A stretch of 64,000 nt of DNA from Octopus sinensis (taxonomy: Eukaryota). The notes beneath the pieces were generated by a model, which was not told where the DNA came from, did no database searches, and was given only the letters and a program-made list of their open reading frames with translations. The stretch is from NCBI RefSeq assembly GCF_006345805.1, contig NC_043010.1:24428001-24492000 (forward strand), given 5' to 3'. Every line of letters begins with the position of its first letter. Position 1 is the first letter of the stretch. Position numbers and translations under genes: made by a program. Shown in pieces: positions 26,545 through 38,720 of this stretch.

Positions 26545-28870
26545 TTAATGGGTGAAGAAGTAAGACATAAAGTGCCAACATTAAACGGCACCAACAGAAA
26601 GAAGCTGCTAAAATGACTAGGGAAGTATACTCTGTTAACAGCAGGATAGATACAAAAATATAGGAGAAACTAACTTATTGATCTATGCACGAGGGGTAGT
26701 GGTCAGGAGAAGATTAGATATCTCACAGGGAAAGATCTGAAAGGGCAAATATGGAAAAGGAGACTTCAAAATAAAGTAAAGACTTTTAGAGAAGATCCGA
26801 GTAGAATAGAAGCCTGAAAACGGAACAAGTTGAGAAACACAAGATACCAATCTTCCCTTGAGAAAAGATACTTAGTCAAAAAGAAAAGATTTGGCCCAGT
26901 AATAGAAGAGTTGAAACAGCGTATCATAAAAGTAAGAGGCAAGCTTTGCAGATATCAGAAAAGAATAAATCAGTATCAACAGAATAGATTATTTGAGACC
27001 GACCACAAGAGATGTTATAACTAAATAAATAGTAGACAACGGAGTACTGAAGATGAGAAATCTAATGCAGGAGAAGCTAGAAAGTTCTGGAGTAATATTT
27101 GGGAGAAACCAGTCAATCATAATGGAGATGCAGTATGGTTAAAGAAAGTGAGGGAAGAAATAGTGAGTGAGAAACAGCCCGATCTAAGATTAACTAGTGC
27201 ATTAATGAGTAAAGTGTTAGGAAAATGCCGAATTGGGAGGGCCCGGGATCAGATTTAGTTCAAGGGTACTGGCTAAAGAAATTTCGTACTTTACATGGGA
27301 GGCTGAGGGAACAACTTTTCAAGATTGCTGTAATGGAGGAATAATACCAGATTGGATGACTAGAGGGAGGACAATAATTATTATGAAAGATAAGAGCAAG
27401 AGTAATGCAGCTGGTAACTATAGACAAATCACCTGCTTACCATTAGTGTGGAAGCTGTTAACAGGAATGCTTTTAAAAAGCATTTACGAGGACCTTACCA
27501 ATCAAGAAGAATTTACAACCAGAAGAACAGAAAGGTGGCAGGAAGAAGGCTAGAGGAACGAATGATCTATTATACATAGACAAAGTTTTTCTAAATGAAG
27601 TAAACATTAGAAAGAAATATCTAACAATAGCATGGATAGATTATGGGAATGCCTAATGACATGATCCCACACTCATGGATGAGTGGATGTTTGAGTATGT
27701 TCGATATAGCAGAAAACATAATTAGCTTAGCATGAAGAAATGGACAGTAGCCAACAGCGAAGGCATCTTATTACCAGATGGCCAGACATTAAAATCTTTG
27801 AAAGGAGGAGATAGTTATAAGTATCTAAGAGTATTAGAATCTGGCAGAGTACTTACTATAGAAATGAAAACAAAAATTGCGGAGTGCATTAGAAGTGTGA
27901 GGAAGCCAATGAAGTCAAAGTTAAATGGTCCGAATCTAGTGAAGGCTGTAAATACTAAGGCAGTATCATTACTTAGACAATACAGCAGCTTTTGTAGATT
28001 GGACGAAAACTGAATTAGCAAAACCAGACAGAAGAACTAGGAAGGAACTCAATGAATGGAGGGTTTATGAAATGGGTTTTATATCAATAGAAGACTACGC
28101 GGAGTTAGCTATGTAGGTAATAGTAAAGTAAGTTTATTAAAATCTGCTAGAGTCACAGTAAGGCATAGGGATATCAAAAACCTAAACGAAGTTAAAAACC
28201 AGAACAAAGAACAGAAATTATCTGACTGGCAGAAGACATTGCATGGTAGATTTCTAAGGATAGTTGCAGTACATAGTAATGAGATATGACTATGGTTGCA
28301 GAAGGGAAAGCTGAAGAGGGAGACAGAAAGTAGCTACATAAGATCAAGCATTAAGGACTAATTTGATAAAAAGCAAGATAGACAAAAACCAAGTAGATTC
28401 CCAATGTATGTTATGCAAATTAAAAGAGGAAAGTTTTACTCATATAGAAAGTGGATGTAGCATGCTAACACAGAAAGAATACAAGAAAAGACATAACGAC
28501 CTAGAGAGAGTAATCCACTGGGAGTTATGTAGAAAGCTAAGATTTGAACATACTAATAAATGGTATGAACATGAACCTAGTAAAGTAATAGAAAGTAAGA
28601 AATATAAGATATTGTGGGACATTAAAATTCAGACTGACAGAATAATAGAAGCTAAAAGGCCTGATTTAGTGGTAGAAGATAAAGAGAATAGAAAGTGCGA
28701 GATAAGTGACTTTACAGTCCCAAATTATGTAAACAAAAATCACTATGAGAGGTATAGTAAATGTAAGAAAGTACCAGGGCCTAGCCATTGAATTACAGAA
28801 ACTATGGAACGGTCGTGGTACTTACAGAGACTATGGAAGCAATAATAAGGACAAGAACAAATATTTTTCT
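26545..28870 (+). mobile_element. Second decayed R4/Dong-type RLE LINE, 5'-truncated with RT core deleted
   Basis: QYQQNRLFE; PDWMTRGRTIIIMKDK..NYRQITCLPLVWKLLTG. Jumps from PHSW directly to the SYKYL region (no QGD or YMDD). CMLC..ESFTHIESGC..KRHN..IHWELC; ILWDIKIQTDRIIEAKRPDLVV. Confidence 0.92.
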
Positions 28871-29815
28871 TTAAATTTCTAATACAGACATAAGGAATGA
28901 TCTTCACCATGATCTTCGCCACTGCCACAACCAACACCACCATCAGCACCACCACCGCCCTCACTACCACTACCAACGTCGTCGTCATCGCCACCATCAT
29001 CATTATTCTCATCATATTTCCATTGATCTTTACACAACTTTACTCTCTTACCAATGAACGAGTAGAGACTTCTACACAGTCGTCCAATCTGCTGGAAACA
29101 GCAGCGAAGTGTCCTACTCTCCCCATACACACACACACACACCTTGACATTAAAAGCGGATTAATTTGACAGTCCTGCCCCTGATACACAAAACATATGG
29201 GCAGGGCACGGTTGGAATTTCTTTGATCATAGGTCTGCATAAACAGAGCTGACCTGATTCTAACCAAAATCAACAACAGCCATCGATCATCCAACACCCC
29301 TTTACGCCTCGAACCCGGCATCACCATGTCATCTTGACATCATCACATTTTTCTTCATTATTTCTTTTTCTTTCATTCTAAGCTTCATGTCTTATCTACG
29401 TTTCTCTCTTTCTCTCGATCTCATTTATCTTCACTTAAATACTTGAGAAACTTCTTTTTCTTAATGCCATTTCCTCTTTCTTATCTTTTCCCACACATAA
29501 AACCAGCCGCCCAACCAACCAGCCTAGAGCCTTCATCCATGGGGCCGCATCAGTAAACCTTTTACGCTTCCCAGCAGGGCTCCTTTTTCTACTTCTCTAT
29601 GCTTGTTTGTGTGCGTGTATACGTGTATGTGTGTGTTTATGTGTGCGCATGTGTGTGTGCGTGTATGTGCGTATGTGTGTGTGCGTGTGTGTAATGTGGT
29701 TTTAATCGAAGACTATGTTTACATTATATGTGTGTGTGAGTGTTTGTATGTATGCACATACCGTATATATACATGTATATATATATATATATATCTATAT
29801 ATATATATATATATA

Positions 29816-29884
<69 letters not shown>

Positions 29885-29975
29885 TAGCATTAAAGACCCG
29901 TCGTTGCCGGGTCATAGTGCTAGTGCATGTATATATGTGTATATATATGTGTACATATTACATGTATATATATAT

Positions 29976-30035
<60 letters not shown>

Positions 30036-30071
30036 ATATATTATAATATATATATATATATATACCACACA

Positions 30072-30445
30072 GGCGCAGGAGTGGCTGTGTGGTAAGTAGC
30101 TTGCTAACCAACCACACGGTTGCGGGTTCAGTCCCACTGCGTGGCATCTTGGGCAAGTGTCTTCTGCTATAGCCCCAGGCCGACCAATGCCTTGTGAGTG
30201 GATTGGTAGACGGAAACTGAAAGAAGCCTGTCGTATATATGTATATATATGTATATGTGTGTGTGCTTGTGTGTCTGTGTTTGTCCCCCTAGCATTGCTT
30301 GACAACCGATGCTGGTGTGTTTAGGTCCCCGTCACTTAGCGGTTCGGCAAAAAGAGACCGATAGAATAAGTACTAAAAGGTGGTGCTCCAGCATGGCCGC
30401 AGTCAAATGACTGAAACAAGTAAAAGAGTAAAAGAGTAAAAGAGT
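30072..30445 (+). mobile_element. tRNA-derived SINE, family B (near complete)
   Basis: ggcgcaggagtggctgtgtggtaagtagcttgctaacc...gggttcagtcccactgcgtggcatcttgggcaagtgtc...gactgaaacaag(taaaagag)3. Confidence 0.9.
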
Positions 30446-30477
30446 ATATATATATATATAATTATATATATATATAT

Positions 30478-30798
30478 ATATATATAAACGGCAGTTTGTC
30501 TGTGTGTGTTTGTGTGTCTGTTAGGTTGTACCCTCACCCTGACCACGGCTTTCAACCGATTCTGATGAAACTTGACACACACATAGCCCAATGTCATTAA
30601 TTCAAAACTAACGCAGCGAAAATTTTGAAAAGTTCCTCCAGTTCTGAAAAAAATCGATAATTTCGACATGGGGTCGAGAATCAGTTAACTAAAAAAAATT
30701 TACCATCATTTTTTTTCCATTTTGGGGCTATAACTCTCTAAAAATGCTTTATAGTTATTTCCCTTACAAACCCGAGCAACGCCGGGCGATACTGCTAG
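30478..30798 (+). mobile_element. Short non-autonomous Helitron-like element nested in copy A
   Basis: 5' (gt/gtct)n core with ttcaaccgattctgatgaaacttg; 3' hairpin cccgagcaacgccggg plus atactg CTAG. Confidence 0.65.
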
Positions 30799-30869
30799 TA
30801 TACACATAAAATACAAAATACAAACTTATATCTTGATATCTCTAGTGATAACAATACTCAAAATATATA

Positions 30870-31200
30870 ACAGACTGGAATTGTTAGCCCGTCTCTTGTA
30901 ATTTCGATCAATTGCATCTTGTCCTCCCTCTTCTATAGAAGTGTGGCTACAATCCAGCCTACCACTACTTCGGGGAGGGGGGCATTTTTCATTTTTTTCC
31001 GGGACGTCCTACATTCCAGATATTAAGGTAAAAATAAAATATTTCCACTTTGCAAGGTTCGAGTCGAGTACTCCCTTGATCGCTCCGTTGACTCGAGCCT
31101 TGCTTCTATTGTGGCGAATTTACCGCCTCTGATTAGATATCTTTCATAGTCGCACCAAGACACTTTTCGAAGGTGCTTTCCTCCATGTGTTCAAATCTTT
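30870..31200 (-). pseudogene. Captured fragment of a retroelement ORF1 (RRM-like region)
   Basis: Manual translation YERYLIRGGKFATIEARLESTERSREYSTRTLQSGNILFLP*YL..PEVVVGWIVATLL aligns with KYISRGAKHATVWLLFDNGEKARQFARQRLEGKEILFLPSYCG..TEADWIEDTI of 51837-52052. Confidence 0.65.
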
Positions 31201-31859
31201 TCTTTTTTTCTCTACACTGTATACTTTATAGACAATAGTCTTTTCTTTAATTTGATTTTTTATTATCCATCTGGACTATTCCATTTCTGCACGCTAATTT
31301 CATTTTTAATTTAATTCCATTCATGTGGAACCACTTATTCAAGTTCAATTCATTGATGCAACTTTATACCAATTGCTATTTTTACTTTTGTTATGTTACG
31401 ATTATATTATACTTTAGTTTGATTTTAATTATTACTTACTACATATAATTCAATTGTTATTATTATTTTTATTGTTAAAGTGAAAGTATCAGACATAAAA
31501 TAGAGAAATATTTTTGTTTCACTTTTCACACGTAATACTGAAATAGTGGAGAAGATATGATATTGCTATGGGCTCGCTCTAGGCAAGAAGTTGAACATTC
31601 TTTTTGCCCATGAAACTACATGGACCCTAAGTAAGGCATGTGTAAAATTTGAATGAAATTAGATGTGTAGTTCTCAAGTTTTAGGGAAACACACAGACAG
31701 ACAGACACACATTCTCAGTTTTATATATATAAAGATATATATATATGTATATGTATGTATGTATATATATATGTATATATATATATATATATGATATATA
31801 TATATATATATATATGTATGCATACATACCCACACACTCGCATGCATCCTACCCACATA

Positions 31860-32355
31860 CATACACGCCACAACCTACTCACACAAACGCACATACACAC
31901 ACACACACATACCTACCACACACACACACATACATACATAAACACACATACCTACTTCAGACATACACACACACAGACATACACCCATACACTCACACTC
32001 ACACGCAATACACACACACACATACACACGCACACGTACACATACACACACACACCTACATACATACATTACACTTGTAACACACACACACTTAATTCAT
32101 ACACACCACACCTACACAGCCATACCCTCACTCAGACACACACACCTAACCTACACACACACACAAACACACACAGACACACACCATTACATACATACAT
32201 CTACACACACACGCCTACACACATCATACACACATACATAAACACCACACATACACATACACACACATACGAACACACACATATACTTATACACATGCAC
32301 ACACACACACACATACATACATACATACACCCATACACATACACACACACATACC
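31860..32355. repeat. CA-rich low-complexity tract running into the gap
   Basis: Direct reading. Confidence 0.9.
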
Positions 32356-32455
32356 NNNNNNNNNNNNNNNNNNNNNNNNNNNNNNNNNNNNNNNNNNNNN
32401 NNNNNNNNNNNNNNNNNNNNNNNNNNNNNNNNNNNNNNNNNNNNNNNNNNNNNNN
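32356..32455. other. Assembly gap (100 N)
   Basis: Run of N. Confidence 1.
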
Positions 32456-32646
32456 CTAGTGGGCTTTTCAAATCAAATCAGTTGTGGGGGGAGTTTGAAC
32501 ATTTTTAGTTTCGTAGTAGTGGGTGAGGAGGAAGTGAGACAGCGAAAAAAAAAGGGTGTATGTGTATGTGGTGTGTGTATATGTGTGTGTGCGTGTGTGT
32601 GTGTGTGTGGTGTGTGTGTGTGTGTTTGGTGTGTGTGTGTGTGTGT

Positions 32647-32861
32647 GCGCGTTTATATCTGAGAGTGAAGAAGTGTTATTTCGTTGGTCTGCTGGACCGC
32701 CTGTGGTTTTATAAGAACTTTGGCTGTCCATTTCGATGTCACTGAGTGTGTGTTGTGCGTAGGTTGGCCTGGCAAATGTCATTTGGGGTCACACTTTCTA
32801 TGATCATTCTGTGGAGGTGTGTGTGTGTCTGTGTGTGTCTCTGTGTGTCCGTGTGTGTTTT

Positions 32862-32909
<48 letters not shown>

Positions 32910-33140
32910 TTTATATCTGAGAGTGAAGAAGTGTTATTTCCGTTGGTCTGCTGGACCGCCTGTGGTTTTATAAGAACTTTGGCCGTCCATTTCGATGTCA
33001 CTGAGTGTGTGTTGTGCGTAGGTTGGCCTGGCAAATGTCATTTGGGGTCACACTTTCTATGATCATTCTGTGGAGGTGTGTTGTGTGGTGTGTGTGTCTC
33101 TGTGTGTCCGTGTGTGTTTTGTGTGCGTGCTGTGTGGTGT
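32647..33140. repeat. Tandem duplication, period ~258 bp
   Basis: gcgcgtttatatctgagagtgaag...ctgtggaggtgtg occurs at 32647 and 32905 with very few differences. Confidence 0.9.
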
Positions 33141-33289
33141 GTGTGTGGTGTAGTGTGTGGTGTGTGGGTGTCTGTGTGTTTGGAGAAGGGGAGAGAGACA
33201 AAAAGAGAAAAGGGAAAATAAAAATAATAATAATAAAAATAAAAAAATAAAAATATATAGAAATATAATATGCATATGGGGAGAATTCA

Positions 33290-33576
<287 letters not shown>

Positions 33577-33589
33577 ATAGATATGTTTC

Positions 33590-33790
33590 TTTATTAGCCA
33601 CACAGGGCTGCACACAGACGGGACAGATTACAAAGTAGAGCTTTTCTTTTTTGGTAAACAAAAGGTGGGATAGGTTTTCGATCAAAAGGGATCGTAAAAA
33701 GAAAAGAAGATAAAAAAGAAAAAAGGGAAAGAAACAAAAGAAAAGAAAAAAGAAAGAAGAAAAAAGGGGAAAAAACGATCAATATGGATC
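33590..33790 (-). mobile_element. Possible LINE 3' tail inserted in (TCTA)n
   Basis: Minus strand: pyrimidine-rich 3'UTR-like sequence ending gctAATAAAgaaacatatctat directly into the microsatellite. Confidence 0.35.
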
Positions 33791-34290
33791 GTAGACAGAC
33801 AGACAGACAGTCAGATAGTCAGACAGACACACATGTAGGTAGGTAGGTAGGTATGTAGGTAGGTAGGTAGGTAGATATACGTGGATACACAATGCAATTT
33901 TGTATGTATGTGTGCTCAACTGATTCTCTCTAAATTTGTGCTCAGATAGGTCTCCAGCCCATGAGTAACAGGTTCTTGCACGCGGAGTATCTGAAAAAAT
34001 AGAATACTATATTTCCATAGGCGGAAATAATCTGATTATAATTTCTTGATGTATGTCCCGAATACAGAGACGTTCGTGAAACAAATTCCTTCTCCATAGG
34101 ACAAGACTTCACAAGGAAATAGTGAGAGACTATGTACAGGTATAAATAATGGAGGTGCTTTTTTTAAAAGAACCTTTACAGCAGCGCCGTCTGTGCTTTT
34201 ATTTCTAAGAAACTGTAGAATATCAGCAATGATAATTCGTCTCCATTCGGACTCAAAGTTCTTTGAATATTCGTGAGAAGTACACACGTG

Positions 34291-34335
<45 letters not shown>

Positions 34336-34384
34336 ACACACACACCACACACACACCACACACAACATATATATATATATATAA

Positions 34385-34417
<33 letters not shown>

Positions 34418-35671
34418 CGAGGGGCGTTCAATAAGTAATGCCTCTGACCCACTTGCAGTTGTTTGAACTAGCTGAAATTTTGCATGTGCAATTATTTATA
34501 TCTCTATAGAGTAAGTGACAAATTACAGCTCTGAACTAATTGTGGTTTCGATTTACAGGTGTTTGAACTGAGTCAAGTGTGAAATGGAGCATGTTGAGTG
34601 TCGAGCAGTGATCCGGTTTTTGTATTTGAAAGGACGCACACTACGGGAGACTTTTGATGAAATGAAAGTAACTTATGGTGATGATGCCCCATCATATGAC
34701 CTTGTAAAACACTGGCATCGTGAATTCAAACATGGTCGGAACTCTTTGGAAACAGCTCCCAGATCTGGTCGCCCCCTTCTGCCATTGATGAGGCATCTGT
34801 CTGTCAAGTTGAGGCTGCCATTTTGGAAGATCGACGCATAACTATTCGCCAAATAGCCCATGAGGTCAAGATTGGTACCGGGTCTGTGGAAACTAACATT
34901 CATGACCATTTGCATATGCAAAAGGTGTCTGCCAGATGGATCCCCAGGTTGCTCACACCTTTCCAGAAGCAAGAACGCGCTGATTGCTCGAAGATGAATT
35001 TGGAGATGTGCCAAGAATATGAGTCAACATTTTTCAAAAGACTGATTGCATAGGATAAAACCTGGGTCCATCACTATGATCCAGAGACCAAAGCCCAGTC
35101 AATGCAGTGGAAGCACCGTGACTCACCTCCTCCAAAGAAGGCAAGGGTGCAGCCCTCCGCTGGTAAGGTCATGCTTACAGTCTTCTGGGACCAGGACGGA
35201 GTAGTGAAGACAGATTTCCTGGCAAAGGGTGCCACAATCAGCAAAAAAAAGGGTGCCACAAAAGGCAAGATCAGCAAAGGCATCCTCCTCCTGCAGGACA
35301 ACGCTCCGATCCACAACTCGCGTGTCGCCTAATCAGAAGCACAGGCGTGCGGCTATGAACTCATCCCCCATCCCCCGTACTCTCCTGACCTTGCACCCTC
35401 TGATTTTCACCTCTTCCCAGCCATGAAGTTGTTTTTTTGAAAGGAAAGCGTTCCCAGATGATGCAGCCTTGATTTCTGAAGTCCACGTCGTGGTTGGAGG
35501 ACCAAGCTGGGGTCTTCTACAAAAACGGTCTTCAGAGCTGCATCAAACGATGGGAGAAATTCGTAACTCTGGGTGGTTCCTATGTAGAAAAAAACTAATA
35601 ACTGTTCCAAGTTTCGTTGCTCTACTGCAATGGGAAGTGGGTCAGGGGCATTACTTATTGAACGCCCCTCG
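34418..35671 (+). mobile_element. Full-length mariner DNA transposon (irritans/Hsmar2-like TIR)
   Basis: ~37 bp TIRs cgaggggcgttcaataagtaatgcc(t/c)ctgacccactt / aagtgggtcaggggcattacttattgaacgcccctcg; TA on both sides; 1254 bp. Confidence 0.97.
34584..35598 (+). pseudogene. Inactivated mariner transposase (HTH + DD34D)
   Basis: MEHVECRAVIRFL..APRSGRP; DKTWVHHYDPETK..SAGKVMLTVFWD; LLLQDNAPIH; HPPYSPDLAPSDFHLF. Frameshifts, stops and an internal deletion near 35240. Confidence 0.95.
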
Positions 35672-35791
35672 TATATATATATATATATATATAGATAGAT
35701 AGATAGATATATATATATATTGGTAAAAACGGAAAGATAACAAAAGAAAGAAAGAGACCTCGATATTATGTAATTAGAGGAAATTTATCTA

Positions 35792-35958
35792 TAAAATAAT
35801 ATGTTACAATTACTCAATAGTCAAGATAAAACTCTGAGTTTCAGATGCTGAAGTGGAAATCCACAACACCATCTCTTCGGTTATCTGGCCATCTGAAAAA
35901 ACGCTATGAAAAACTCAGAGTTTTATCTTGACTATTGAGTAATTGTAACATATTATTT

Positions 35959-35960
<2 letters not shown>
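35792..35960 (-). mobile_element. pLTR fragment with HHR-like motif (35825-35885, U4C) and a ~50 bp inverted arm
   Basis: Minus: gataa CCGAAGA gatg..gtgga ttt ccac..catc t GAAA ctcagag TT ttatc. 35792-35842 is the reverse complement of 35911-35960. Confidence 0.7.
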
Positions 35961-36024
<64 letters not shown>

Positions 36025-36026
<2 letters not shown>

Positions 36027-37052
36027 TAATAAAATAGAACATATGCATATATATAAACATATATGTACGTACCTACCTCTACATGTACATATACACGCAT
36101 ATATGTGTACAGGACACCAAAAAGACGTCGAACATATAGAGAGACGAAAAACATAGACACAAACCAAGGAACAAGACAAGCAAAAAAAGAGAGATACAGG
36201 ACAATAGCACAACGAAAAATCCCCTTCTTCAGTCGCTAAGGTTTCATCTACTAAACGTTTCGAAGGATAAAAGCGAGACGTATACTTCGAAGAAAACTTC
36301 CTTCCTGCGAAAAGCAAATCAATTAAAATTCTGAGATCTTTTCGCAGAGGGGTAAAAAAAGCAAGACGGTAACGACAGTACAACATATAAACAGTAAAAA
36401 ATATATATATATAAACAGTGGAAAAATAAATATATACAGTGAGAGACAGAACAAGGAGAACAAGATAAGAAGGGCTGTTAACGCCAGACGAAAAAAGTAT
36501 TGCAAACGCTGATTATAGTGGACGACGAGAGAGAAAGAATGTCGACCAGTAGCCTTAGAAGGCGGGCGAGAAAAGACAGGATAGCAGTTACGACGGAAGT
36601 ATCGTCGCAGATGGACGACGGAATGGGGGAGGAGGAGCAAGAGGAAGAGAGAGAAGAAGGGGAATGGTGCGAGGAGACCATGAAGAACGGTGAGGGGGAG
36701 AGAGAGAGGAAGAGACAAGTTAAGTGAGGGAAAAAAGACGAAAAAGGGAATGGGAGAGAAGAAAAAGAAAGAGCAGAGTCGCGTGAGAGTTAATATCAAG
36801 GCTAACTTGATAAACAGAACAATCTTACTTAATAGGGTGCGTGCGTTTAGTCGTATATATGTTAATAAAATAGAACATATGCATATATATAAACATATAT
36901 GTACGTACCTACCTCTACATGTACATATACACGCATATATGTGTACAGGACACCAAAAAGACGTCGAACACATAGAGAGACGAAAAACATAGACACAAAC
37001 CAAGGAACAAGACAAGCAAAAAAAGAGAGATACAGGACAATAAGCACAACGA

Positions 37053-37057
<5 letters not shown>
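36025..37057. repeat. 836-bp unit bounded by ~196 bp direct repeats (36025-36220 / 36861-37057)
   Basis: gttaataaaatagaacatatgc...gcacaacgaaaaat repeated nearly identically; (TA)n flanks. Confidence 0.88.
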
Positions 37058-37093
<36 letters not shown>

Positions 37094-37121
37094 TATACAC
37101 ATACACACACATATACATTTA

Positions 37122-38720
37122 CTAGCATTATGACCCGTCGTTGCCGGGTCATAGTGCTAGTGCATGTATATATGTGTATATATATGTGTACATATTACAT
37201 GTACATCTATATATATACATCTACACATAAAATACAAAATTCAAAGTTATATCTTGATATCGCTAGTGATAACAATACTCAAAATATATAACAGACTGGA
37301 ATTATAGGCCCATCTCTTGCAATTTCGGTCAATTGTATCTTGTCTTCCCTCTTGTATAGAAGTGTGGCTACAATCCAGCCTACTTCTACTTCTGGGGGAC
37401 ATTTTTCATTTTTATCCGGGACGTCCTACCATCCCAGATATAAAGATGAATATAAAATATTTCCACTTTGCAAGGTTCGAGACGAGTATTCCCTTGCACG
37501 CTCCGTTGACTCGAGCCTTGCTTCTATTGTGGCAAATTTACTGCCTCTGGTTAGATATCTTTCATAGTCGCGCCAAGACACTTTTCGATGGTGCTTTCCT
37601 CCAGGTGTTCAAATATTTTTTTCTGTACATTGTATACTTTATGGACAATAATCTTTTCTTTAATTTAATTTTTTATTTCGTTTGGTGGTGTTATCCTAGA
37701 TTCACCGTCTTTGTCGGTGATCAATCCGAAATAGGTTTATATTTCTTCCATTTTAATTTTAATGAGTTCGCACCCGCTGATGGCTGCAGCGAAATTCATT
37801 TTTGGACTTTCTTCTATCGAAGGCATTCTAACAAAAATGCTTCCGTGTAAACGGTGAAAATATTGTCAATTTCCCCAAACAGGGACCAATTTTGAAACAA
37901 TAACCAAAGCTCCTTCTCCCAAAGGGGGAGGGTTACAGTTTACAATTATTTAACAAATGCAACACAACAACGTTTCCCTTACGAGGAACCAACAAACGTG
38001 ATAAACAGTAATAATAATAACAGTACTCAGTAGAAGCGCTGTTCGAGAAAACAGACGTTACATACAGCCAAACTTCCTATAGATACTTAATGCTAGCTAA
38101 TTAGCAGATAATCTAATGTAAAAGCCGTGGTAATGGGTATTGCACACCTACATTTGGACTATTCCATTTCTGCACGCTAATTTTATTTTTAAATTATTCC
38201 CATTCATGTGAAACCACTTATTCAAGTTCAAGTCATTGATGCAATTTTATACCAATTTTTACTCGTGTTATGTTACGATTATATTATTCTTTAGTTTGAT
38301 TTTAATTACTACTTACCACATATAATTCAATTGTTATTATTAACTCTAATTTTTATTGTTAAAGTGAAAGTATCTGACATAAAATAGAGAAATGTTTTTG
38401 GGCTCGCTCTAGGCAAGAAGTTGAACATTTTTTTGCCCATGAAACTACATGGACCCTAAGTAAGGCATGTGTAAAATTAGAATGAAATTGGTTGTGTAGT
38501 TTTTCAAGTTTTAGGGAATCGTAGTGGAGAGATATGATATTGCTGTGGGCTCGCGCTAGGTAAAAAGTTAAAATTTTTTTGCCGATGACACTTCTCGGAC
38601 CCTAAGTAAGGCATGTGTAAAATTTGAATGAGGTTGGTTGTGTAGTTCTCAAGTTTTAGGGAAACACAAACAGACAGACAGACAGACACACAGTCTCAGT
38701 TTCATATATATATATATATA
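37122..38720 (-). mobile_element. Non-autonomous Helitron-like element (copy B) with a captured ORF1 fragment
   Basis: Same termini as 29884-31735; internal ~120 bp tandem subrepeats at 38390-38660. Confidence 0.7.
37290..37830 (-). pseudogene. Longer captured ORF1 fragment
   Basis: GESRITPPNEIKN*IKEKIIVHKVYN ~ LEWEINPPKQWLKDMEEKTIVLRTYS; YERYLTRGSKFATIEARLESTERAREYSSRTLQSGNIL..PPEVEVGWIVATLL. Confidence 0.65.

Larger units (their letters stand above)
29884..31735 (-). mobile_element. Non-autonomous Helitron-like element (copy A) with a captured ORF1 fragment and nested insertions
   Basis: Minus 5' TC(tttatatatataaaactgagaatgtgtgtctgtctg); 3' hairpin cccggcaacgacggg followed by CTAG. Collinear with 37122-38720 apart from a ~470 bp internal deletion and two nested elements. 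Confidence 0.7.

Noticed and set aside
29040-29327. Minus-strand ORF MVMPGSRRKG.. as a first exon
   Set aside because: No recognisable domain, it runs through (TG)n, and the splice signal is weak.
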